DNA of 46,451 nt. Source: Chiloscyllium plagiosum (lineage: Eukaryota). The position numbers were made by a program, and so were the translations under genes. The notes under the pieces are model-generated. The model ran no database searches, was not told the DNA's origin, and worked only from the letters and a program-made list of their open reading frames with translations. The DNA is taken from assembly GCF_004010195.1 (NCBI RefSeq), contig NW_025215348.1, positions 63,860 through 110,310 of the forward strand. The letters run 5' to 3'. The stretch's first letter is position 1. The number at the start of each line of letters is the position of its first letter. Positions 11,763-22,900 of the stretch are shown here, piece by piece.

Positions 11763-11968
11763 TGGGGAAATATAGAGTATTTGTTTTATTTTGGATTTCC
11801 ATGCAGCGTCAAGCGATACCATTTGAACCCAATTATAATAATAATCATAGAGCTGTACAGCACAGAAACAGAACCTTCGGTGCTACTCATCTCTGCCGAT
11901 CTGATATCCTCAACAAACCTAATCCCATTTGCCAGGGTTTAGTCCATATGCCCTCACTATTCAGGGTC

Positions 11969-12546
11969 TGTAGTGATTGGAACCAGGTAGATCTCACTGA
12001 TTATGAGATCCTTGATTGGGATTGTTACCCTGGGCCAATCAGGGTGCCCTGGCTGACCAATATAAACAAGGGACTGTGCCCGAGTGTCTCTGGAGAAGGA
12101 GCACGCAGTGTCGACCAACTCCTGTTCAGGGAGAGGTGGGCGCCGCAGGGAGTGGAGTGCATCATTTCTCCCTCCAACTCTATTTTGATTTAGTCCCTAC
12201 CCTCCCCCTTCACTGTTTTGATCACACAGCATTGCCCTTTGATGTGAAGGGCAGTGTTTGTCACTGGCCACCCGGGTGTTTTTCCTATCTTCCTGCTGGT
12301 GGAAATCGAATAAAGATTCGTACACCTTGTGTCTCTCACTGTGTCTCACACTTGCACACACACACACAATGGGTGCTGGGGAAAAATAAGCACTACCGCA
12401 GTTAGGCGGTAGTGTGGGGGTGAAAAATTAAAAAAAAACAAGGGACTTAGAATCTCCTCAGTTCAGGGTCTGACTCCAGTATACTGTGCACAAGTACATA
12501 CAGGGTGACTTGGTGATGGGTCACTGGCCTCTCTGCAGTTATCCCA
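11969..12546 (+). mobile_element. Solo LTR (TG...CA) interrupted by a Tx1/L1 insertion
   Basis: TGTAGTGATTGG start, CCAAT boxes, TATAAA at 12061, GTTATCCCA end; homologous to 4189-4410 and 43942-44154. Confidence 0.75.
12076..12435 (+). mobile_element. 5'-truncated Tx1/L1-clade LINE 3' end with A-rich tail and 12-bp TSD
   Basis: ORF2-like end (ARVSLEKEHAVSTN../FRERWAPQGVECIISPSNSILI*), AATAAA, A tail, TSD AAACAAGGGACT at 12064-12075 and 12436-12447. Confidence 0.8.
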
Positions 12547-12837
12547 TGTGCCTTCTAAATGCCTTTTAATTGTACCAGCCTCCACCACTCCCTCTGGCAG
12601 CTCATTCCATACATGCACCACCCTCTGCAGGAAAATGCTACCCCTCAGGTCCCTTTTAAATCTTTCCCCCTCTCACCCTAAACCTCTGCCCTCTAGTTTT
12701 GGACTCCCCCACCCTGGGGAAAAGACCTTGAATTTTCACTTTGCCCATCTTATAATCACGTATAAGATCACTCCTCGGTCTCTGACCCAGCCTATTCAGC
12801 CCCTCCCTCCAGCTCAACTCATCATCCACAGAGTTCA

Positions 12838-12943
12838 CGTGGCATAGTGGCAGCGCCCTTACCTCTGAGCCAGAGAGGTCCGGTTTGAGTCCCCACTTGC
12901 TTCAGAGGTGTGTCATGATATCTCCGAAAGGTAGATTAAGAAT
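12838..12943 (+). mobile_element. Short tRNA-derived SINE
   Basis: A box TGGCATAGTGG, B box GGTTTGAGTCC; related minus-strand copies at 34440-34545 and 38160-38290. Confidence 0.6.
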
Positions 12944-13309
12944 GATGTCAAACGTAACAGCATATTAAGTTGTGTTAAGCCTCACCTCACCAAGTGTTAA
13001 CTTAGCTTTCCTTTGGAGAAATTGAAGTTGCATTGTTGTGGAAGGGTCAAGTAGCAGAATCATAAGGCGTTATTAGTCACATTAGAAGAAGGTGAGATGC
13101 TGAGATCACTACCAAACCGATTGACTGCTCTGTGACTGAAAGCCATAGGCATCAGTCCTGATTTGCCTGCGAAAGCATTTTGTTAATTAACAATTCAATA
13201 CCTTTGAGAAAAATCAGACACTACCTCATGCACTTGTAATTATCATGATTGCCTTTTGAACAATAGCCATGAGCTGAGTTGATTTCCTTTTGTCCAACTC
13301 TAGTGTAAT

Positions 13310-13465
13310 GTGGTGGTGACTGTGTCAAAAACCAGGAATTCCCTCCTGAACAGCACAGGGGGTGAACCTACAGCATCATGCATCGCAGCTGTCCAAGGAG
13401 GGCACGCTCGAATCCAGGGAAAATTCGGGACGGGCGAGAATGCTGAAATCAAGTGACACCCTTTT
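13310..13465 (+). mobile_element. Degraded 3' end of the L2/CR1-group LINE
   Basis: GGAATTCCCTCCTGAACAGCAC..GGTGAACCTACA resembles the reverse complement of 45700-45815 and also 36420-36630. Confidence 0.55.
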
Positions 13466-14171
13466 CCTGATAATTTCTTATCCTGTAAGAATATTGAAAT
13501 GAACCAGAAAACTGCAGACCGAAAGGCTGGATTCTAGTAGCTGACAGGAACGACAGTTTATGAATGCTGATCAGCAACTCAAGAATTCAATTGGCATGCC
13601 TGAATTTCTAAACTATTGTATTTGCAAAATGACCTTGTCAATACAGTCCCCACGCGTTCCACTAACATGTTGTTAGAATCTCCATGTGGATTATGATGAT
13701 CTAGCATTGCTGTTGAACTGATTAATTTGGAGCTTGATGAATATTGATGGGATTAGCTTCAGTCAGAGCCTTACAGTTACTATTGCCATTCTCAATTATT
13801 GGGTCTCACTGGTGAATAACAAACAGAGCTGATTGAGACACCGTTCGCTGACATTTCAAGTCAAGACGCATTCCTTCTGTCACAGCTCACTCTCTATTTT
13901 AGCACTCGCTTGGTTTTGCAGCAAGAACAGTCGAGAATGACAAAGGGTGACTGAGTCAATGAACATCACGGCATATTTTTGTACTCACTTCTCTTGGCAT
14001 TGTTTCTAAAGCATGGCCACTGTGTTTGTTCGCGGAGGGGCTGACTCATTAGGATACGCGGTAGTGCAGATGGTTAGAAAGTGGAAGACAATTACATTCT
14101 TGAATGGCAAAACCTGCAAAAGGAAATATGCGTGCACCAGCGATACTAGAAAGGTCTATGAGCCAAACAGG

Positions 14172-14296
14172 AGAAAGTGAGGGCTGCAGATGCTGGAGAT
14201 CAGAGCTGGAAATGTGTTGCTGGAAAAGCGCAGCAGGTCAGGCAGCATCCAGGGAGCAGGAGAATCGACGTTTCGGGCATAAGCCCTTCTTCAGGA
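14172..14296 (-). mobile_element. ~125-bp Penelope-like mini insertion with intact hammerhead motif (14267-14294) and 14-bp TSD
   Basis: ATGAGCCAAACAGG at 14158-14171 and 14297-14310; core CTGAAGA-A-GGGCTTATGCCC-GAAACGTC on the minus strand. Confidence 0.9.
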
Positions 14297-14550
14297 ATGA
14301 GCCAAACAGGTCTATTTCGTAAGCGCACAGGTAATGTGCTCTCAACAGTTTAAAGTGCAAGCTCCACAATCAGGTCAAGAAAGTTGGGATGCTGTGAAAG
14401 TGAAATAGGAAGGGGTCGGGAAGGAGGGAGGTGGAGATAACACCAAGGGAGAAGTGGGAAACAGTATGAAAGAGAAGCAAGTGGCAGATTTTGTGGGGAT
14501 AGAGAAGGAACCAGAGGACTGCGAAACACAGGAGAAAAGGATGGTGTAGA

Positions 14551-14856
14551 GCAGCACGGTGGCTCAGCGGTTAGCACTGCTGCCTCACAGCGCCAGGGAC
14601 CCGGGTTCAATTCCCACCTCAGGCAACTCTCTGTGTGGAGTTTGCACATTCTCCCCGTGTCTGCCTGGGTTTCCTCCGGGTGCTCCGGTTTCCTCCCACA
14701 GTCCAAAAATGTGCAGGTTAAGGTGAATTGGCCATGCTAAATTGCCCGTAGTGTTAGGTAAGGGGTAAATGTAGGGGAATGGGTCTAGGTGGGTGGAGGG
14801 TCGGTGTGGACTTGTTGGGCCGAAGGGCCTGTTCCACACTGTAGGTAATCTAATCT
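14551..14856 (+). mobile_element. HE1-type V-SINE, full length, within a purine-rich probable L2 remnant (about 14380-14990)
   Basis: tRNA-like head, V-domain, (TAATC)n tail; possible TAGAG TSD. Confidence 0.9.
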
Positions 14857-15214
14857 AGAGGAAGGAACAGAAGGCAGTGAAAGGTTTAGCCAAGGAGAGA
14901 CTGGGTCAGGGGCTTAAAGGAAGATGTGAGAGATGGTGTGGAGGATAGGACATGACATGATGGGAAAGGGTTCAGTGGCTAGGACCAATTCTTTACCATT
15001 GGAAAGGAGGCAGCTGCACTGAGCCTGAGCTTAGCTCCATCACCAGGAGATGGACTAAAGTGAGCATTTCCCTTCTCAGGCATAGGGGTCAGGATGTTCA
15101 TATCCTGAAAGAGTTGAGGGGGAATATTACCGTGACTTTAGAATGAAATTTCAGTGCTCGTCTGCACGTGAGTGCGCGCTGGAGAGTGTAGTTCCCATCT
15201 TTCAAACAGCTGAG

Positions 15215-16040
15215 TTTCTGGTCAATGGTAACCCCAAGGATGTTGATAATGGAGGAATTCAGTGATGCTAACACCATTAAATGTCAAGGGATGATGGTTA
15301 GATTGTCTCTCATGGTGATGGTCATAGTCTGGCATTTGTGTGGCTCGAATGTTATTTGCCCCCTTGTCGGCCCAAGTCTGGATATTGTCCAGATCTTGTT
15401 GCATTTGGACACAGACTGCTCCAGTATCTGAGGAGTCACGAATGGTGCTGAACATTGTGCAATCATCAATGAACATCCCCACTTCTGATCTTATGATGGA
15501 GGAAAGGTCATTGATGAAGGACACTATCCTGATGATCTCCTACAGAGATGTGGTGGAGCTGAGGTGACTGACCCTCCACCAACCACAGCCATCTTCTTCT
15601 GTGCTGGGTATTACTCTAACCACCGGACAGAATTCTCCCGCTACCCTTTGGTTTTATTTTGCCAGGGCTCCTTGATGTCGCACTCAGTTGAATACAGCCT
15701 TGATGTTAAGGCTGTCACTGTCCCCTCCCCTCTGGATTTCAGCTCTTTTGTCCATGTTTGAACCAAGGCTGTAATGAGGTCAGGAGCTGAGTGACCCTGG
15801 TGGAACCCAAACTGGGCGTCACTGAGCAGGTTATTGCTGAGCGGGTGCTGCTGATTATACTTTACATTACTTTACTGATGATCGAGTGTAGACTGATGGG
15901 CTCCTGGCTTGATGATAATGGTTGAGTGGGGGTCGTGAGGCCAGGCCATCAGGTTGCAGGTTGTAGTGGAGTACAGTTCAGCTGCTGCTGATGACCCACC
16001 TCATAGATGCCCGACTTGGAGTTGCGATAACTACTTGCCA
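15215..16040 (-). mobile_element. L2/CR1-group LINE ORF2 (RT) fragments, distinct from HER1
   Basis: ORF 15222-15524 FINDLSSIIRSEVGMFIDDCTMF..DLDNIQTWADK carries the RT [Y/F]xDD region; related pieces at 28985-29360 and 45330-46190. Confidence 0.8.
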
Positions 16041-16114
16041 CTCTCTGCCATCTGTAGTCTCAATCATTGCTGTCCAGGCATAGAGCAGGTACCTGGCAAG
16101 TCAATTACAGAGAC

Positions 16115-16335
16115 TCGAGAGTGTGGTGCTGGAAAAGCACAGCAGGTCAGGCAGCATCTGAAGAGCAGGAGAGTCAACGTTTCGGGCAAAAGCCCTTTAT
16201 CATTCATTCCTGATGAAGGGCTTTTGCCCGAAATGTTGATTCTCCTGCTCCTCAGGTGCTGTCTGACCTGCTGTGCTTTTCCAGCACCACGCTCTCGACT
16301 CTGATCTCCAGCATCTGCAGTCCCTCACTTTCTCC
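16115..16335. mobile_element. Palindromic Penelope-like insertion with two back-to-back hammerhead motifs
   Basis: Arms 16115-16202 and 16211-16298 are reverse complements separated by an 8-nt spacer. Confidence 0.85.
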
Positions 16336-16829
16336 TAGTTACACAGAAGCAATTAACATTATAATGTCATGACTGACAGGACCTGCTGACTTATAATATA
16401 TTTCCATCCCTATAATAAACACGCAGAGAATATATCGAGACAGCATGGAGAATTTGATTTGATCTGTGAGCACAGTGCAATAAGACAACATGTTATAATA
16501 ATACCTGCTGAGTATTTCCAGCATTTTCTGTTTTATTACAACATAACAATTTCAATTAAAGTAGATATTTTCCATCTTCCATTATTTTTTGATTCTATTT
16601 TCATTTCTCTTTATGAAGTCTTGGCAGAATGTTCCAGAGGGGAATGAGGAAATGTGATGTAGTACAGAGAGCTGTTCCGATCCAGAAAAAACCGCCTGAA
16701 GGAGCAATGATTCAATGGTAGCTTTCAAATGGGATTTTGATTAAAAACCACTTGGAAAGGGAATTTTTGCAGGACTGTGGACAAGGAAGAGAGAACTGGG
16801 CCAAATCAGGGAAGTTTTGGATTGATTTG

Positions 16830-17320
16830 TCATCTCCCTCTGACCTACAAAGTTGTGGGGCTCAAGTCCCATCATAGAGGCTTGAGAACAGAAGTCGAGA
16901 GTCATAGAGTCATAGAGATATACAGCACGGAAACAGACCCTTTGGCCCCACTCAATGCCAACCAGATATCCTAACCCAATCTAGTCCAATTTGCCAGCAC
17001 CTGGCCCATATCCCTCCAAACCCTTCCTATTCATACACCCATCCAGATGCCTCTTAAGCCTTGCAATTGTACCAGCCTCCACCACTTCCTCTGGCAGCTC
17101 ATTCCATACACACACCACCCACTGTGAGAAAAAGTTGTCCCTTAGATCTCTTTTATATCTTTCCCCTCTCACCCTAAACCTATGCCCTCTAGCTCTGGAC
17201 ACCCCCACCCCAGTGAAAAGACCTAGTGAAGTTTTTGTGCAGATCTGAGGTAGTGCTGCTGTGGTCAAGGCAACATCTTTGGAATGAGGTTGTGAATCCA
17301 TGGATCCCATGGCGCATTAT
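16830..17320 (+). mobile_element. Degraded Deu-domain SINE (SacSINE1/AmnSINE-like), split by a CR1 insertion
   Basis: Head CTCTGA..GTTGTGGGGCTCAAGTCCCA..AGAGGCTTGAG (16838-16890) continues as CTGAGGTAGTGCTGC..CATCTTTGGAATGAG..GATCCCATGGC (17245-17315); similarity is from recalled consensus. Confidence 0.5.
16899..17225 (-). mobile_element. CR1/HER1 3' fragment with (CTATGACT)n tail
   Basis: ORF 16981-17310: RGHRFRVRGERYKRDLRDNFFSQWVVCVWNELPEEVVEAG. Confidence 0.9.
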
Positions 17321-17990
17321 CTTGACGCAGAGCCAAGATGGGTGGGGTATCTCTGGTGTCAATTCTAACTGGGGTCCCTTAATGAGGCTGCGATTCAGGA
17401 TATATCTTCTCCCTTTTAGGTTTCTCCCTGGCTTGCCAGCTTCCAGCGTTGCTTGTGGGCCAAGACAAAGAGGAATGCCAGCCTACTGGGCCTATAAGCT
17501 GAGCATACTTGCTTCATGCCACCATCGCCCTCTCCCTCAAGCTCCATTTGCACCCCCAAGCTTCAACGCCTCTTTGAAACGAGGTCTCACACCACTGCAA
17601 GTCTTCAGAATCTTTGCCAAACAACCCCTCACCAAGTCTTTTTTATCCAGCTCTTTGCCATCAGCCTCTGGTCATTTCTGATGCCCACACCATCCAAGCC
17701 TCCCTCCCCCTGCTCCTGAGGTAGCCCATCGACTGTTTTGGCCTTTCCTCTCCAATCACTGATCACTCCCTGACTCTTCCAATCTTCCTTCACCCAATCC
17801 TTCCCATCCCTTCCTCGCTCCTGCCTGCTCCCAGGTTGTGCTGGTCTCCCTTGCTCACCAGCCAAACATCTTCTCAATCGATGGAGTCGTCCACTATGAG
17901 TTGAGGTTGGAGATATCTTTTCTCACACTGCGCAAGGGAGGCTACAGTATTGAATGTATTCAAGGCCGAGTTAGACAGAGCTTTGATTCA

Positions 17991-18410
17991 GGAGAGGAGA
18001 AAGTGAGGGCTGCAGATGCTGGAGTACCAGAGTTGAAAAATGTGTTGCTGGAAAAACACAGCAGGCCAGGCAACATCCGAGGAGCAGGAGAATCGACGTT
18101 TCGGGCATAAGCCCTTCTTCAGGAATGAGGCTGGTGTGCCAAGCGGGCTGAGATAAAAGATAGGGGGGAGGGGATTTGGGGGAGGGGCGCTGGGAATACG
18201 ATAGGTCGAAGGAGGTGAGGGTGAGGGTGATAGGCCAGAGAGGGGGTNNGACCTGCATGTCCTTGGCGGAGTGGGAGGGGGAGTTAAAGTGTTCAGCCAC
18301 AGGACGGTTGGGTTGGTTGGTGCGGGTGTCCCAGAGGTGTTCCCTAAAATGTTCCACAAGTAAGCGGCCTGTCTCCCCAATGTAGAGGAGACCACATCGG
18401 GTGCACATCG
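17991..18410 (-). mobile_element. Penelope-like element 3' part with GIY-YIG fragment, hammerhead motif (18095-18122) and 14-bp TSD; contains a 2-N gap
   Basis: ORF 17971-18408: CTRCGLLYIGETGRLLVEHFREHL; TSD AGAGCTTTGATTCA at 17977-17990 and 18411-18424. Confidence 0.9.
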
Positions 18411-18444
18411 AGAGCTTTGATTCACAAGGGAATGAAACAAATTC

Positions 18445-18815
18445 ACAGAAGTGTTAAGGTACAGTAGGTGGCCATTCAGACTATTGTGCCTGCATTGAAT
18501 GAGCTAAGTGCCAATCTCCTGCCAACACCCAATACACCTCATTTTAATTCAAATAACCATTCAATGCCCCACCCCTCTTGAATATCTCAATGGAACCTAC
18601 TTCCACCACAATTCCAGGGAGTGCATTCCACGCCCTAACTCCTCGTCATGTGCAAAACTTTCTCCTCACCTCGCATTTGCTTCTTTTGCAGAGCACGTCA
18701 AATCTATCCCCTCTCCTTCTTGTTCCTTTTACATGCGGGAACAGTTTCTCCCTACCGACAGCGGTGAACATGACCAGCAAATCTCCTCTCAGCCTTTGTC
18801 TCTCCAGGGAGAACA
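18445..18815 (-). mobile_element. Old CR1 3' fragment
   Basis: ORF 18646-18828: KLGVFSLERQRLRGDL. Confidence 0.75.
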
Positions 18816-18824
18816 CTCCCAATT

Positions 18825-19435
18825 TCATGAGTATAAGTGTTGGGGCATTATGTTCCAGTTGTATAAGTCATCGGTGAGGCCGCACTTGGAGTATTGTGTA
18901 CAGTTTGGTCACCCTGCTATAGGAAAGACATCGCTAAAATGGAAAGAGTGCAAAGAAGATTTACGAGGATGTTGCCAGGACTAGGAGGCCTGAGTTATAG
19001 GGAGAGATTGGCTCGGGTAGGACTTTATCTGTTGGAATGTAGGAGAATGAGGGGTGACCTTATTGAGGTGTATAACATCATGAGGGGCATTGATAGGATG
19101 AATGCACATAGTCTTTTTCCATGGGATGGGCAACTGAAAACTAGAAGGCTTAGGTTTAAGGTGAAAGGGGAAAGATTTAGGAAGGGGCTCAGGGGCAACT
19201 TGCTCACGCAGAGAGTGGTGAGTATACGGAATGGGCTGCCAGAGAAAGTAGCTGAGGCAGCTACAGCAGCAACATTTAAAAAAACGTTTGGATAGCTACA
19301 TGGATGGTAAGGGTTTTGAGGCATAGGGACCAAATGTGGGCAATTGGAACTAGCTGAGTGCCAATCTGAGTGGGCACCATGGTCAGCATGGATCAGTCTG
19401 GCCTGTTTCCATGCTGTATCACTCGATGACTCTAT
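18825..19435 (+). mobile_element. CR1 LINE 3' fragment
   Basis: ORF 18894-19295: WSPCYRKDIAKMERVQRRFTRMLPGL..RGDLIEVYNIMRG. Confidence 0.9.
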
Positions 19436-19938
19436 ACCTTCTTCGATATGTCTTCGTCACTGAAGTTTCTCATTCCTGGAACTATTCTTGTAGATGGCTT
19501 CTGCACTCTCTCCAATGTGCTCACATCTTTCCTATAACGTGGCCCACAATACCTCAGCTGAGGTCTAACAAGCTCAGCGTCATACTGCATGAGGAAAGGG
19601 TTTAAGGGGAGGCAGGCAATCCAGGGGAGTCGAGGCCACAATTAGGTTGGGTCTGATCCCGTCAAATGCTGGAGCAGTTTCAAGGGGTCGAATGGTCTCC
19701 TCCTGCTCCTAAGTCCTGGATTTCTGGAAATTGAGGAGCATTGGCAAAACTGCCAACTGGGCTCTGAATAAAATTCACCAGGACTTCAAGGAAAATTGGT
19801 TCACCTCATTGCAGGACTGCCACGACTCTAAATCCTTGTCAGACTGCGACCAACTGAGCTGAATTGGCTCTTCCTGTGCCGTACGGTTCTGTGGCTCTGG
19901 CTCGCAGAAGATTGAAAATTGACCTTGGTGTTTAATAG

Positions 19939-20020
19939 GGCTAATGCCCGAAATGTCGATTCTCCTGTTCCCTAGATGCTGCCTGACCTGCTGCGCTTTT
20001 CCAGCAACACATTTCCATCT
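19939..20020 (+). mobile_element. ~80-bp Penelope-like mini insertion with 15-bp TSD
   Basis: CTTGGTGTTTAATAG at 19924-19938 and 20021-20035; the insert starts inside hammerhead stem II. Confidence 0.85.
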
Positions 20021-20544
20021 CTTGGTGTTTAATAGTCCTTCATCAGTGCAGTGATTGAATTCGGCTGGAATTTACACTCCAGTCAATTCGGGTAACTGCA
20101 GCTACGTACACCACTGAGGGAGAGAAATCGGAAATAAATATGAGCAGGGAAGACAAGGCCCCAAGCCTCATATTGAATCAGTGATCAGACAAACCCAGGA
20201 CATTGAAGTCATATGTTCAAATCGACAGCATTTGCTGTGTTACTAATTGTCCCTCTGGAGTCTGTGCAAATTCTGGTTCAAAAATGTAATCAGATATTTC
20301 CAAAGCTTTCCTTAAATCACAATGTCATCAGCCATTTCTTGCATGTAGGAGTTTTGGCAGAGAATAATAAAATCCATCGAGAGAATCTCTGTTCCCCTCA
20401 TAAAGATTATATCCAGGAAAGATTGAGGGAAGGCAAAATACGGATTTTTATTTGAACTTTCAGACACACTGACACCACAAGGGAGCCTGTCAGCACATGG
20501 TCGGGGTGGGGGTCTAGAACTTTCCACTGTCTGTGTCACGGAAT

Positions 20545-22900
20545 TGTTACAGTGTAGAAACAGACCACTCTGCCCATCGTGCCTACACTAGTGCTTTCCC
20601 CCAGTGTCAGTTTCCTGCCTTTTCCCCATTGCCCTGCACCACCATTTCTATCCAAATAACCAGTTCATTACCCTTTTCGAGCTCCTCGATTGAACGTGTC
20701 TCCATCACAGTCCCCAAGGCATTGCGTTCCATGCCCTAACCATTTCACTGTGTGCAGAAGAAATGTTCTCACATCATCCGCACTCTGTTTACACCATTTT
20801 AAATCTGTGCCCTCTCATTCTTTGTTTCTTTTATGAGTGGGAACAGTTTCGCCCTGTCCATTGTGTCCAGGCCCACTCATGATTGTGAAAACAAAGAAAC
20901 ATGGAAAATAGGAACAGAAGTAGGCCATTCAGCCCTTCGATGCTGGTCCAAATATTATGATCATGGCTGATTCTCCACATCTTGCTTTTCTGCCATTATC
21001 CTTTGATCCCTTTGATGTGGGTGTTATATCCAACTCCTTTTATAAGTCATGCGCGACAGCTCTCGGTGACAATATTATGAAACGTGAAAGGGTTCAGAGA
21101 AGATTGACAAGGATGTTGCCCAGGTTGGAAAGTTTGAGCTATAGGGAAAGGCTCAACAGACTGCGGTTATTTTCCCTGGAGCATCAGAGAGTGAGGGGTG
21201 ACCTTATTGAAATTTATAAAATCATGAGGGGCATGGATAGGATAAATAGACAAGGCCCTTTTCCACAGGCTAGGGGAGTCCAAAACTAGAGGGTATAAGT
21301 TTAAGATGAGAGGGGAAAGATATAAAAGAGACCCAAGGGGCAACCTTTTCACACAGAGGGTGGAATGTGTATGGAACGAGCTGCCAGATGAAGTGGTGGA
21401 GGCTGGTACAATTGCAACATTTAAAAATCATCTGGATGGGTATATGAAAAGGAAGGGTTTAGAGGGATATGGGCCAAGTGCTGGCAAATGGGACTGGTTT
21501 GGGTTGGGATATCTGGTCAGCATGGACGGGTTGGACCGAAGGGCCTGTTTCCGTGCTGTACATCTCTGTGACTCTACTTCTCCTCATTTCAGCCCTAAAT
21601 CGTTTACTCCGCATCCTTAGTCTGTGACCCCTGGTTCTGGTTTAGTTGACATCTTTAGAGATTATATAGACTCTGAAACAGTTCCTATAGACTGGAGGGT
21701 ATCTATTTAACAAGAGAGGCAGGGAGAAATCTGGTATTTACAGGCCAGTCACCCTGTCATCGGTAGTAGGAAACAATACTGCAGCCCATTGTAATGGAAT
21801 TAATACCTGAACATTTGGAAAACAATGACAGCACTGGGCAGAGTCAGCATGGATTTACGAAAGTGAAATCACGCCTGACCAATCTACTGGAATTTTCCAA
21901 GGATGTAACTTGGTGTGGTTTGGCCACATTTGGAACACTGCGTGTGGTTCTGGTCGCTTTGGAGAGGGTGCAGAGGAGGTTTACCAGGTTGTTGCCTGGT
22001 GTGGATGTTGAGGGGGAACCTGATTGAGGTCTACAAAATCGTGAGAGGTATAGACAGGGTGGATAGCAAGAGGTTTGTTCCCAGAGTGGGGGACTCAATT
22101 ACTGGGGGTCACGAGTTCAAGGTGAGAGGGGAAAGGTTTAAAGGAAATATGCGTGGAAAGTATGCAGAGGGTGGTGGGTGCCTGGAATGCGTTACCAGCG
22201 GAGGTAATAGAGGCGGGCACGATAGCATCATTTAAGATTTATCTCGACAGATACATGAATGAGCAGGGAGCAGAGGGATACAGATCCTTAGGAAATAGGC
22301 AACAGGTGTAGAATAGAGGATCTGGATCGACACAGGCTTGGAGGGCCGAAGGACCTGTTCCTGTGCTGTAATTTTCTTTGTTCTTTGTCGAGTTATCGCG
22401 GGGAGCAAGAGGAGGATTTGTTTACATTTTCCGAAGACTTTCAGTAAGATCCCACATACGGGGATTAGTGTGTAAATGTAAAGTGCATGGGATTGAGCAC
22501 AGTTTGCTGAGGTTGGGAGATAGGAAACAAGGGACTTTTCCAAATGGCAGGCAGGGACTGGTGGGATACCACAGGGATCAGTGCAAGGACCCCAGCCATT
22601 GACAATATGGGTAATGTATATATTAACAATTTGGATGAGGGAACTAAATGTAATGTCTCCGTGGCAGGGTGAGCTGTGAGGAGGATGCAGTGCGATTTGC
22701 ACAGATTGAAATGGTAGACGCACTCTAATGTAGATAGATGTGAGGTTACTCACTTTGATATCAAAAACGGGGAGGCAGATTATCATCTGAACGGCTATAA
22801 AAACCTCTATCAAATATCCTCTCAGCCCTGTTTTCTCCAAGGAGAACAGCCTCAGGATATTGAATCTATCCTCATCACTGAAGTTTCTCATGTCTGTTAA
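20545..22900. mobile_element. Cluster of CR1 fragments (about 20545-21050 minus; 21065-21575, 21680-22385 and 22400-22790 plus; 22795-22890 minus)
   Basis: ORFs 20957-21289, 21306-21620, 21794-22027 (SQHGFTKVKSRLTNLLEF) and 21915-22235 carry CR1 ORF2 motifs. Confidence 0.85.

Larger units (their letters stand above)
11845..12830 (-). mobile_element. CR1/HER1 3' fragment interrupted by a solo LTR
   Basis: Tail at 11845-11955 continues at 12547-12830 (FPRVGESKTRGQRFRVRG). Confidence 0.8.

Noticed and set aside
18240..18255. Apparent internal deletion in the PLE copy
   Set aside because: It coincides with an NN gap, so it is probably an assembly artefact.
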